Below are positions 1-8,786 of a DNA stretch of 64,000 bases, piece after piece (positions within the stretch are counted from its first letter, which is position 1; every line of letters begins with the position of its first letter). The notes beneath the pieces were generated by a model that did not search any database, had not been told where the DNA came from, and worked only from the letters and a program-made list of their open reading frames with translations. A program made the position numbers and the translations under genes. The stretch is from Thermodesulfobacteriota bacterium (lineage in GTDB: Bacteria > Desulfobacterota > Thermodesulfobacteria > Thermodesulfobacteriales > Thermodesulfobacteriaceae), in contig JAUQPD010000007.1 of the NCBI GenBank assembly GCA_030550555.1, positions 17,563 through 81,562 on the forward strand. The letters are read 5' to 3'.

Positions 1-402
1 AAGATTGGTCCTGAATTGATTCTTGAAAGAGACTATAGAGAAGCTATTCGCATCTATGAAAATCTTAAAGAACTTGATGGAAAAACTATCATAATACAAT
101 ATCGAGAAGAAAAAAGGCCTATCGAAAATATTCTTGATAACATAAATGAGGTATTATCTTGGTTGAGAGATGAAGGTAGAAAAGGATTATATGTGCAACG
201 CTATAAAGGATTAGGTGAAATGAATCCACAACAACTTTGGGAAACAACAATGGATCCTCAAAAAAGAGTTCTCAAAAAGGTTACTATTCAGGATGCTGAA
301 AAGGCAGATGAACTTTTTTCAATTCTTATGGGAGAAACAGTTGAACCCAGAAAAGAATTCATCTATCAACATGCATTAGAGTATAGAGAACTTGATATTT
401 AA
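1..402 (+). CDS. gyrB: DNA gyrase subunit B, C-terminal fragment (the gene starts upstream of the window)
   Basis: Frame 1 is open from base 1. The translation ...[21 protein letters not shown]...[20 protein letters not shown] matches the conserved GyrB C-terminal tail. Confidence 0.9.
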   Translation, partial: KIGPELILERDYREAIRIYENLKELDGKTIIIQYREEKRPIENILDNINEVLSWLRDEGRKGLYVQRYKGLGEMNPQQLWETTMDPQKRVLKKVTIQDAEKADELFSILMGETVEPRKEFIYQHALEYRELDI

Positions 403-417
403 AAAATAGAGGCACCA

Positions 418-942
418 ATGCAAGAGGAACTTCGAATTTTAATAACAGCAGAAGACATCGCTAAAAGAATTAAGGAGCTAGCTAAAGAAATTGAGAAAGA
501 CTTTGGGGACGAACCTTTAGTTTTTATAGGTACTTTAAAAGGTGCCTTTATTTTTCTTGCAGACCTAGTTAGATATATTCAAAAGGAGGATATCTTTATT
601 GATTTTGTAAGAGTTAAAAGCTATGGTTATTCAGACAAATCCTCAGGAGAAGTAATTATAACCAAAGATATAGAAATTCCTATAGAGGGCAAAAATGTCA
701 TTTTAGTTGAAGATATAATTGACACTGGAATTACTCTTGACTTTCTAAAAAAGCATCTAGCACTTCACAAACCCAAAACTATTAAAATATGCGCACTAAT
801 TGATAAAAAAGAGCGAAGAAAGGTAGAAATTAATCCAGATTATGTTGGCTTTAGAATCGAAAAAGGGTTTCTCGTTGGTTTTGGTCTTGATTATGCAGAA
901 AGATATCGACATCTACCACAAATTTGTGAGGTTATAAAGTAG
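418..942 (+). CDS. hpt: Hypoxanthine-guanine phosphoribosyltransferase
   Basis: 174 aa. It has the PRPP-binding loop VILVEDIIDTGITL and the C-terminal GFGLDYAERYRHLP typical of HGPRT. Confidence 0.9.
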   Translation: MQEELRILITAEDIAKRIKELAKEIEKDFGDEPLVFIGTLKGAFIFLADLVRYIQKEDIFIDFVRVKSYGYSDKSSGEVIITKDIEIPIEGKNVILVEDIIDTGITLDFLKKHLALHKPKTIKICALIDKKERRKVEINPDYVGFRIEKGFLVGFGLDYAERYRHLPQICEVIK

Positions 943-944
943 TA

Positions 945-1085
945 ATGAGAAAACCTTCGCTTTGGCAGAGATATAAAAAATTTGTATGGACCTATTTAAA
1001 GGAAAGTCCCTGGTATCTTTGGATCTTGAGAATTAGTGCAGCTCTATTGATTGCTTACATATTGATAAAAGCTTTAGGATTATAA
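945..1085 (+). CDS. Possible 46-aa small membrane protein (not in the ORF track, below its size cutoff)
   Basis: The ATG lies 2 nt after the hpt stop. Translation is MRKPSLWQRYKKFVWTYLKESPWYLWILRISAALLIAYILIKALGL, with one hydrophobic helix. A hairpin follows immediately. There is no homology evidence. Confidence 0.3.
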   Translation: MRKPSLWQRYKKFVWTYLKESPWYLWILRISAALLIAYILIKALGL

Positions 1086-1116
1086 GCCAGAGAGGGAAAA
1101 TCCCCCCTGGCTATTT
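1086..1116. terminator. Imperfect GC hairpin between convergent genes (possible bidirectional terminator)
   Basis: gccagagaggg-aaaat-cccccctggc pairs with two bulges and is followed by tattt on the + strand. Confidence 0.4.
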
Positions 1117-1123
1117 ACGCTGA

Positions 1124-1315
1124 TTACCACCAGGATATTGTCTTATCCGCTTCCCATATGAGATCAATTAGTTTATCATAGTCTGCATCTGTTTTGGCAT
1201 CAAAGAGATTAAATTCTACAACTTCATGTCCCTTATCTCTAAGTTTAGCAACTATTTTCTGTACGTCTGGATTTTCAGCACTCGCCTTGTGTCTATAAAT
1301 ACTTAGTATTTTCAT
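1124..1315 (-). CDS. Small conserved hypothetical protein, last gene of the YedE-TusA-DsrE cluster; C-terminus is DsrH/TusB-like
   Basis: 63 aa with an SD (gaggggg) upstream. The C-terminal ADYDKLIDLIWEADKTISWW resembles the DY..FV.L......W end of TusB/DsrH. Confidence 0.6.
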   Translation of the reverse strand: MKILSIYRHKASAENPDVQKIVAKLRDKGHEVVEFNLFDAKTDADYDKLIDLIWEADKTISWW

Positions 1316-1342
1316 ATGCCCTACCCCCTCGTTAAGTTGAAA

Positions 1343-1699
1343 TTATGCACATTGAGGTGGTGTCTGAATCTTTTGAGGCGGTAAACCATAACCGACAACA
1401 AAATCGCACTCAAGAATCTTTTCCACAACATCATCAAGTGTAGCTTCTGTGAGTTCCCATTCCTGGAGATTGAAGTTCTTAGTTTCCTCATCCATTGTTT
1501 CACTTACCGCAAAGACTTCACCTTCCATATCTCTTATCCAGGCTAAATTCTCCTCAAGATATTCAGTCTTCGCAGGCATTTTTTGATAAAAAATGTAAGT
1601 ATAGGAATACATATTCTCCACCGCAAGACCAAGAGCGGATCTTATTCCATCGGATATATAAGACCGATTAGCAATTAGAAAACAAACCTTGTAACTCAT
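1343..1699 (-). CDS. Conserved hypothetical protein, DsrE/DsrF-fold-like (118 aa from the ATG with an SD)
   Basis: The ATG at 1699 is preceded by gagggaggtaaat. The track's TTG start at 1714 lies inside that SD. The N-terminus KVCFLIANRSY..IRSALGLAVE resembles the DsrF/TusC Rossmann-like start. Confidence 0.6.
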   Translation of the reverse strand: MSYKVCFLIANRSYISDGIRSALGLAVENMYSYTYIFYQKMPAKTEYLEENLAWIRDMEGEVFAVSETMDEETKNFNLQEWELTEATLDDVVEKILECDFVVGYGLPPQKIQTPPQCA

Positions 1700-1728
1700 A
1701 TTTACCTCCCTCAATGAAATTTACTCAA

Positions 1729-2058
1729 TTAGAGCACGAGATACTTTCCTACCTCTTCAAGCAGTTCACCATGGAAGGCCTGAGTCCTTAGTTGATTAGC
1801 GGTAAGTTCACCTGCGTGATACTCTGGTTCAAAGCCTTCACAAGCAAGGGCAGCAACACAGATAGCAAAGTCCTCTTCTGGCACCATCTCCTTTAGTCTC
1901 TTAAACTCGGGATGAAGGACTAAATGAGTTGCCTTGAAGGTAAAAAAAATCTTTACCTTTTTTCCCTTTCTCTGACAGGCCTCAACAATCTTCACCAGTT
2001 CATTTATATGAACTGGTGAGGTAACGAATATTCCAAGCTTATCTGGATCCTTAGCCAT
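1729..2058 (-). CDS. DsrE/TusD-like sulfur relay protein
   Basis: 109 aa with an SD (aggaggaggg). LGIFVTS...KIFFTFKATH...FAICVAALACEGF resembles the DsrE/TusD fold with a Cys in the CVAA(L) position. Confidence 0.75.
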   Translation of the reverse strand: MAKDPDKLGIFVTSPVHINELVKIVEACQRKGKKVKIFFTFKATHLVLHPEFKRLKEMVPEEDFAICVAALACEGFEPEYHAGELTANQLRTQAFHGELLEEVGKYLVL

Positions 2059-2072
2059 GCCCTCCTCCTACT

Positions 2073-2318
2073 CTATTTTTTCTTGATGAAGAATCTTGTG
2101 TATCCCGTTTCTTCTATCATACCGAGAAATTCGTAGCCCTCTTTTTCACACATCTTTGGTATGTCATTCTTGCTTCCAGGATCAGTGCTTAGGACCTCCA
2201 AAATTTGTCCAGATCCAAGCTTTTGCAGGGCCTTCTTTGTTTTTAACATCGGCATTGGACAAGAAAGCCCCTTGCAATCTAAAACTTCATCTGGCTTAAT
2301 AGTGCTGAGATCAACCAT
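2073..2318 (-). CDS. tusA: TusA-family sulfurtransferase
   Basis: 81 aa. It has the canonical LDCKGLSCPMPMLKTKKAL (CPxP) motif and an SD (aaggagggg). Confidence 0.9.
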   Translation of the reverse strand: MVDLSTIKPDEVLDCKGLSCPMPMLKTKKALQKLGSGQILEVLSTDPGSKNDIPKMCEKEGYEFLGMIEETGYTRFFIKKK

Positions 2319-2358
2319 AGCTCCCCTCCTTAGAGTTAGTTTTCACCATCAAAAATTT

Positions 2359-3525
2359 TTATAATCCTATAACAAACTTTTCTGACTTTTCATTCCAATC
2401 AACAAAAAGATACCAGAGGATTATGATTAGAGCAAGGAGAATAAAGGCACCACCATAACCAAAATAATCTGGCAAAAACACAGCTCCACCAAGCCAGCCC
2501 TTGTCCCAAACTTCCCAAACGTTGTCAAGATAGTATCTTAAAATGGAATTAGTTAACGCGAAAAAGATAACAACTATCATCAACTTTACTTGGCCCTCTG
2601 CCACCCTCCAGAGTGCACCAGACCCACATCCACCAGCAACAACCATGGCAGCACCAAAGATTAAGCCTCCAATTAGGGCTCCCCAAACAAAAGTAGGCGT
2701 TACATAGGTCATAGGTTCTCTAATGCCCGCCATTTTAATCAAAAGAATTCCAAAAGTTGCAATTAAAATACTCAAAGCAACTCCCCTTGCCATTTCTGCT
2801 TCTCCGGAGAGGAAAGGCTCTCTAAAGGAATTGACAATACAAAATCTGCTTCTGTGCATAACAAAGCCTATACAAGCGGTTAACAATAGAGCACCTCCAA
2901 GTAGGAGTCCTTCCTCACTATCGCTACTAAAATAGGCATAAATGCCATACAATAAAATTGCAAGTGCAATTATTCCAAGTACAGGATTGATTTTCTTAGT
3001 AGAGATCTCAATGCCACCTGAGGAACTAAAGTGCTCAAGTTCCCAAAGTAAATATTTTACGCCGATAAAGACACCTACAACAAGTCCTAACATCATGGCA
3101 ATTCCACTTGCGGAAAGATTGGCAATTGCCATATAGAAGCCACCAATGTTGCACCCCTGTGCAAGAGCAGACCCAATTCCCATAAGAATTCCTGCAACTA
3201 TTGCCTTTATTATCTCCAGTCTTGGCGGAATTCTAAGACCAAACTCATTAGCAAGGGTAGCAGAGATAAAAGCCCCAAGAATAAGACCAATATTGAGAAC
3301 TGATGAAGAAAACCAGAGGGGATGTGGTGGAGCCTCCTCAAGGAATCCAATTCCATAAAGAACCCATTCACCCCAGTTTCTCAAACCACCAACAATTCCC
3401 CATGGGCGATACCACATCTCAAGAAGAATTACAAAAAGCGCAAGTAAAATACCTCCAGTAATAGGACTATAATTGTTTTTAAAAACAGTTTGATAAAGAC
3501 CCTTTAGACTTTCACTAAAAGACAT
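2359..3525 (-). CDS. YeeE/YedE-family (TsuA-like) sulfur-compound transporter
   Basis: 388 aa and polytopic. It has two repeats, each with a conserved Cys loop (LAQGCNIGG and VAGGCGSGAL). SD is caggagggggg. Confidence 0.9.
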   Translation of the reverse strand: MSFSESLKGLYQTVFKNNYSPITGGILLALFVILLEMWYRPWGIVGGLRNWGEWVLYGIGFLEEAPPHPLWFSSSVLNIGLILGAFISATLANEFGLRIPPRLEIIKAIVAGILMGIGSALAQGCNIGGFYMAIANLSASGIAMMLGLVVGVFIGVKYLLWELEHFSSSGGIEISTKKINPVLGIIALAILLYGIYAYFSSDSEEGLLLGGALLLTACIGFVMHRSRFCIVNSFREPFLSGEAEMARGVALSILIATFGILLIKMAGIREPMTYVTPTFVWGALIGGLIFGAAMVVAGGCGSGALWRVAEGQVKLMIVVIFFALTNSILRYYLDNVWEVWDKGWLGGAVFLPDYFGYGGAFILLALIIILWYLFVDWNEKSEKFVIGL

Positions 3526-3553
3526 ACCCCCCTCCTGAGGAAGTTTTGTGAAT

Positions 3554-3581
3554 ATATTATTAAAGCTTCTTTTATTGTCAA
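3554..3581 (-). promoter_or_regulatory. Sigma70-like promoter for the YedE-TusA-DsrE cluster
   Basis: The minus strand reads TTGACA-N16-TAATAT about 30 nt upstream of the yedE start. Confidence 0.5.
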
Positions 3582-3603
3582 GGGCAAATTTTTTCGTAAA
3601 TAA

Positions 3604-5745
3604 CTAAATAAATATGATCCAGTCTGCAAGTTTATCTGCTAAGGGATGAGGTTCTCTTATCATTATAGTCAGACCCTCCTCTGTAATTTTCTTTAAGAAT
3701 TTTTTCAACTCCATAAGTTCACCAATTGAGAGCCCTTGAAAGGGATGCGTTAACACTATTATCTGATTTGTTTTACGCTCTATAAGTGTTTTTACCAAAT
3801 TTACTCTAAGCAATTCACCACCTGAGAGTTCTCTCAATCTCTGAGAAAGTTTCAAGTAGTCCACCTTTAGGTCTCTCACAAGACTAAGAATATCTCGGAC
3901 TTTGGGAATCTGAGAGAAAAGTTCCAAGGCCTCTTTCAGGGAAAAATCAAGAATCTCCCTCACCCTATAACCTCTGTAAGTTAAAGCCAAAATCTCCGGA
4001 TTTAATCCCTTCCCAGAGCACTCCTCACAAGGGATTTTAAAGTTTATGTCTTGCAGGCTAATCTCCCTTTCTCCTTTTCCTTTACAGCGTTTACAGGTGC
4101 CCTCGGTTGTATGGAAACTGAAATGGCGTTTGTTGAATCCTCTAATCCTAGCATCAGGCGCCTCCCTGAGAACATCCCTCCAGACCTCCCAAATTCCCAA
4201 GTAATCAATCAGAAACCTATCCTTAACACTACTAGAAACCTGTTCTCCACAAAAAACCTTTAGCCCTAGACTCTTTAAGCTTTGTATGAGCTCTCTAATA
4301 AGGCCCTCTTCATCTTCAAGTAGAGAAAATTTGAGCAAATTTATTGCCCTCAAGTAATACCTATATTCCCTTCCCCGCAAATAAAAACTCTCAGGTTCTC
4401 CTTGAAGAGTAGGTTTATCTTCAGAACTTTGGAAAAATTCATATTTTGTCTCTGGAATCTGTAAACCTTCATAGGTTGCAATTAGATAGCCCCCTCTCTC
4501 TCCTCCCTCGGGTCCAAGCTCAATAACAAAGTCTGCAGACTTGATAAAGAGTGGATCGTGTTCAACAACTATGCAAGAATTTCCCTCATCAACGAGGCCT
4601 CTAAAAAACTTTAAGAGGACCTTTCTCCTAGCTTCATCAAGGCCAAGTGTTGGTTCATCAAAAATATAAAGGACTCCTCTCATTTTGATAGCAAGAGCAA
4701 GGATTAACTCAAGAAGTTTCCTAACCCCAAGGGACATCCTAAAAACTGGTCTGTCTAAAGGTAGTGCAGTGATTCTTAGGTCCTCAATTGGACCCTGTAG
4801 CTGTAGAAAATGAGGAAAATAAACCGAAACGAGGTCCAAAAACTCTGCAAGGGATAGTCTAAGAATGGTCTCAATTTCTCTATTTAGGAGAAGGCTCTTT
4901 AGAACAGCAGGACTCAATTTTAGGCCTTTGCAAACTGAACAAGGCTCCCTCTCTTTGTAACCAAGTCCTCTACATTGGGGACACTTTCTTAGGCCAAAGT
5001 AGAGAGGCTCTTCACAATTTAAACAATAGGCCTCAAAATTGAAAATCTCTTCAGCACCTGATAGAGCTTTCAGCTTAACCTTCCCCCTATTAATTGAGAA
5101 GGAGAGGGATATTGCCTCAAGAATACGTCTTCTTAAGTCACCAGTCTTTATCAGACGGTCAAGAATAACAAATACCTCTTGAGGCTCTTTTTGGAGCTCC
5201 TCCTCTGAGAGATCTATTTCTCTACCATCAATAAGGTAACGAGTAAACCCTAAAGAGAGAAGATAATTTAATGCCTTGAGAGAGGTCTCTTTAATCGGAG
5301 CAAGGACATAGAACTTTTCCCCATCAGGCAAAGTCTCTATCCAATTTAAGACATGGTGAACTTTACTTAATCTGTTTAGATTCCCACATTTAGGACAGGA
5401 GAGCTCTCCAAATTCTAAAAAGAGATATTCCAAAATAGGTATAAATCCAAGAATTTCACAAACATTCTTGTAGGGGAACCAATCTCTGGCCCCTTGAGAA
5501 AAGGCTACAACTGGAGGGAAAGCACCAGTAATTTCTGCAGGAGCACTACAGTAGTCGAAAAGTAGAGTTCCACAATTTTCGAGAAGAAGCATTCGCTGTT
5601 TTCCTAATTTAGCTATCGTGTCAAAAACAAGGGAACTTTTTCCCGAACCTGAGGGACCAGTGATGACAACGAGCTTATTAAGAGGGATGTCAAGATCAAA
5701 ACCCTTTAGGTTATGCGTAAAGACCTTTCGAAGTTGTAGATACAT
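3604..5745 (-). CDS. UvrA-like ABC ATPase paralog, shortened (713 aa) with degenerate motifs
   Basis: The N-terminus THNLKGFDLDIPLNKLVVITGPSGSGKSSL is UvrA-like. It has CxxC zinc modules (CPKCG, CLNCE, CPQCRGLG, CSVCKG, CKRCKGKG, CEECSGKG). Walker B is YIFDEPTLGLD. A second LSGGE is present, but I found no second Walker A. Confidence 0.8.
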   Translation of the reverse strand: MYLQLRKVFTHNLKGFDLDIPLNKLVVITGPSGSGKSSLVFDTIAKLGKQRMLLLENCGTLLFDYCSAPAEITGAFPPVVAFSQGARDWFPYKNVCEILGFIPILEYLFLEFGELSCPKCGNLNRLSKVHHVLNWIETLPDGEKFYVLAPIKETSLKALNYLLSLGFTRYLIDGREIDLSEEELQKEPQEVFVILDRLIKTGDLRRRILEAISLSFSINRGKVKLKALSGAEEIFNFEAYCLNCEEPLYFGLRKCPQCRGLGYKEREPCSVCKGLKLSPAVLKSLLLNREIETILRLSLAEFLDLVSVYFPHFLQLQGPIEDLRITALPLDRPVFRMSLGVRKLLELILALAIKMRGVLYIFDEPTLGLDEARRKVLLKFFRGLVDEGNSCIVVEHDPLFIKSADFVIELGPEGGERGGYLIATYEGLQIPETKYEFFQSSEDKPTLQGEPESFYLRGREYRYYLRAINLLKFSLLEDEEGLIRELIQSLKSLGLKVFCGEQVSSSVKDRFLIDYLGIWEVWRDVLREAPDARIRGFNKRHFSFHTTEGTCKRCKGKGEREISLQDINFKIPCEECSGKGLNPEILALTYRGYRVREILDFSLKEALELFSQIPKVRDILSLVRDLKVDYLKLSQRLRELSGGELLRVNLVKTLIERKTNQIIVLTHPFQGLSIGELMELKKFLKKITEEGLTIMIREPHPLADKLADWIIFI

Positions 5746-5749
5746 CCTT

Positions 5750-7480
5750 TTACTTTTGATTTCGGTCTCTTACCCATCTCAACCAGTTCATAAAGTCTTC
5801 ATACTCCAATATATTTAATAAATTCTCTCTTTGGCACCAGCCTCTTCTTGCAACTGCAACTCCATATCTTAGATACTCCATTTGATCAACAAAGTGGGCA
5901 TCAGAACCAATTATTAAGGGTATGCCTCTTTCTACGCAGGCCTTAGTGTTGATATCATTGAGGTCAAGTCTTTTGTAGTAAGCATTTATCTCAAGGGCTT
6001 TGCCGTAGCTCTTTGCAGTCTCCATCACCTGATTTAGGTCAACCGCGTAGGCCTCTCTTTCTCCCAATACTCTTCCAGTTGGATGAGAAATGGCATGGAC
6101 CAGAGGATGTTTGAGGGCAGAGACAATTCGTGAAGTCAGCTGTCTTTCATCTTGCTGAAAACCTGTATGAATAGATGCTATAACAAAATCTATCTCTTTT
6201 AAGACCTCGTCAGGATAGTCAAGAGTTCCATCAGAGAGAATATCGACCTCGGCTCCAAATATCAACTTTACACGTTCAGACCTCTTGTTTAGTTCTTCTA
6301 TTCTTGCCTTTTTCTTAAAAAGATCCTCAACAGGGACTCCTCCTGCAACCTTAAGACTCTGAGAATGGTCGCAGACTGCAACCCAAGAAAGGCCCATAGC
6401 AGAAGCCTTAGATAAAATTTCTTCAAGGCTAGCGGTGCCATCACTATACTTAGAGTGAACGTGCCCATCTCCTTTAATTTCATTATACTCAACGAGGACA
6501 GGCAATTTCCCCTGAAGAGCGGACTCGATCTCACCTCTATCCTCTCTTAGCTCTGGAGGAATAAAGGGAAGCCCAATTGCAGAATATACCTCCTCCTCGG
6601 TCTTACCTGCAATTTTTTGATCGCCTCGAAATACGCCGTATTCATTTATTTTAAGTCCCCTCTCAAGGGCAAGTTCTCGCACTCTGATATTGTGAGCCTT
6701 TGATCCCGTAAAATAGGCAAGGGCAGCACCCCAACATTCGGGATCTACCACCCTGACATCCATTTGAATACCTAATCTTAGTCTTACACTTGTTTTCGTT
6801 TCCCCAAAGGCTATTACCTCTTCAACAAGAGGAAGACTTGCCACAACCTTCATCACTTCTTCAGGCCTTTCAGAGGTAATTAGGATATCTATATCTTTTA
6901 CTGTCTCTCGCATCCTACGAATACTTCCTGCTATGGCAATTTCCTTGATGGGAGCTCTTGCCTTGATAAGCTTGACTATCTCCTCAGCAAGAGGTAACAC
7001 CTCACCAAGAGGTTTCCTTCCGGTCCTCTCTTTAAAAAGCTTAATACCCTTGAGAATATTTTCCTCAGTTTTTAATCCAAAGCCAGGAAGCCTTGCAATT
7101 TTGTGCTCAAGACAGGCCTTTTCAAGTTCTTCGAGGCTGGTTATACCATACTTTTCATAGATCGCCTTTACTTTTTTCGGCCCAAGACCGGGAATTTCTA
7201 AAAAGGTAAGTAGTGTTTGAGGAATTTCTCTCTTCAGTTCTTCATAAAGGAAAAATGTCCCCGTTTTTAAGATCTCTCTGATCTTCGATGCTAGATCTGC
7301 ACCTATTCCAGGTAGATTCTCAAGCTTACCTTCCCTTGCCAACTCCTCTATGTCTTTTGTAAGAGATTCAATCGTTTGAGAGGCCCTTTCATAGGCCCTT
7401 ATCCGATAGGGATTGTCTCCTTTAATCTCCAGTAGCTTAGCTGTTTTCCTAAGAATCTCTGCAACTTCTTTGTTTCTCAT
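5750..7480 (-). CDS. polX: Family X DNA polymerase with C-terminal PHP domain (PolX)
   Basis: 576 aa. It has HhH motifs (LPGIGADLA, IPGLGPKK), a Pol-beta nucleotidyltransferase motif GSIRRMRETVKDIDILI, and a PHP domain HVHSKYSDG...CDHS. Confidence 0.9.
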   Translation of the reverse strand: MRNKEVAEILRKTAKLLEIKGDNPYRIRAYERASQTIESLTKDIEELAREGKLENLPGIGADLASKIREILKTGTFFLYEELKREIPQTLLTFLEIPGLGPKKVKAIYEKYGITSLEELEKACLEHKIARLPGFGLKTEENILKGIKLFKERTGRKPLGEVLPLAEEIVKLIKARAPIKEIAIAGSIRRMRETVKDIDILITSERPEEVMKVVASLPLVEEVIAFGETKTSVRLRLGIQMDVRVVDPECWGAALAYFTGSKAHNIRVRELALERGLKINEYGVFRGDQKIAGKTEEEVYSAIGLPFIPPELREDRGEIESALQGKLPVLVEYNEIKGDGHVHSKYSDGTASLEEILSKASAMGLSWVAVCDHSQSLKVAGGVPVEDLFKKKARIEELNKRSERVKLIFGAEVDILSDGTLDYPDEVLKEIDFVIASIHTGFQQDERQLTSRIVSALKHPLVHAISHPTGRVLGEREAYAVDLNQVMETAKSYGKALEINAYYKRLDLNDINTKACVERGIPLIIGSDAHFVDQMEYLRYGVAVARRGWCQRENLLNILEYEDFMNWLRWVRDRNQK

Positions 7481-7641
7481 ATTTATATTTGTAATTTATA
7501 ATACATTAATTAATCCCGCAAGTATTGAGAACAATCTCCAGAAATTTATTGATATTTTCCAAAAAAGCACTTTCAAAAAACTTGACTTTTGAACTCTTTT
7601 TATTAAGCTTAGGCACAAGAAAAGATTAACAAACGGAGGGT

Positions 7642-8766
7642 ATGATGGCGAAAATCATGAAAAAAATTATAATCTTTTTTCTATTTTTCCATCTTTCTTT
7701 AATTTCTGCAAAAGGCTATGAAAATTTTGAAAATTACGAAAATCTTACCAGTATCGCAGGGGTTGCAATAGATGGAACTACTGGACGTATCCTTTATGCG
7801 AAAAATTCCCATATTAAGATTCCTCCTGCAAGCACAGTGAAGCTTTTAACTGCTATGGTAGCCCTTGATAGGCTACAACTTTCGCAAAAAATTAGAATCT
7901 CCAAGAAAGCTGAGGAAACCCCTTCAACTTCTCCTCATCTCTATGAGGGTGAGATCTATACTGTGGAGGACCTCCTTTATCTCCTTCTTTTAAGGTCTTC
8001 TAATCAGGCTGCAGTTGCTCTTGCAGAGGCTGTTGCAGGAAGTGAGGAAAAATTTTCAGAGCTTATGAATCAAAAGGCTAGAATGCTTGGTCTCAGAGAT
8101 TCCCATTTTGTTACTGCCTCAGGACTTCCTGGAGGGAATCAATACACTACAGCTTACGAAATTGCCCTTCTTCTCTATGAAGCCCTCAAATACCCTTACA
8201 TAAAGGAAATCATAAATACTCCTGTCAAGATAATCACATCCCAGCAGGGTAGAACTCTTGTTATTAGGAATACAAATAGACTCCTCTTTGATGAGGAGTA
8301 TAAAGAGACCATACTTGGTGGTAAAACTGGATATACACGTCTCTCCAAACATTGTTTAGTTAATGTAGCTAAGGTAAAAGATCGTCTAATCATAACCTCT
8401 ATTCTTGGGGCGCCAAACAGGGATGCCCTTTGGGAAGACACTAAAAAACTTATTCGTTTTTCTGAATTAGTGCTTGAAGGCAGGGTAAGTCCTGTTGCCA
8501 TTAACACTGCAGTCAATACCGCAGTTCCTGTGAGCATTAAACCAAGAGCCTATTACGGAGAGGTCCAAAAGAAAAGTCAAGTCATAAATCAGAAGAGAAG
8601 CGCAAATCTTGCAGGCGCATCAAAAAATAAAAATACGAAAAACGTAGCAAGTGTAAGAAGGACCACAAATAACAAAATCCAGACCGCAAAGTCCATTCAA
8701 ACAAAAACAAAGACTACCAAAACAAGACAGTATAGGGCCGAGACCATAATAAAGAGAAACTCCTAA
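7642..8766 (+). CDS. Serine-type D-Ala-D-Ala carboxypeptidase (PBP5/6 class) with a long basic C-terminal tail
   Basis: It has a signal peptide and the motifs SxxK (ASTVKLLT), SxN (RSSNQAA) and KTG (GGKTGYT). The last ~90 aa are a K/T/N/R-rich low-complexity region. Confidence 0.85.
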   Translation: MMAKIMKKIIIFFLFFHLSLISAKGYENFENYENLTSIAGVAIDGTTGRILYAKNSHIKIPPASTVKLLTAMVALDRLQLSQKIRISKKAEETPSTSPHLYEGEIYTVEDLLYLLLLRSSNQAAVALAEAVAGSEEKFSELMNQKARMLGLRDSHFVTASGLPGGNQYTTAYEIALLLYEALKYPYIKEIINTPVKIITSQQGRTLVIRNTNRLLFDEEYKETILGGKTGYTRLSKHCLVNVAKVKDRLIITSILGAPNRDALWEDTKKLIRFSELVLEGRVSPVAINTAVNTAVPVSIKPRAYYGEVQKKSQVINQKRSANLAGASKNKNTKNVASVRRTTNNKIQTAKSIQTKTKTTKTRQYRAETIIKRNS

Positions 8767-8786
8767 CGTCGCTATCAATTGCGAAT

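Noticed and set aside
1-1200. Possible replication origin near gyrB
   Set aside because: I found no cluster of TTATCCACA-like DnaA boxes or an AT-rich unwinding element. Intergenic regions here are under 200 nt and are occupied by a small ORF and a terminator.
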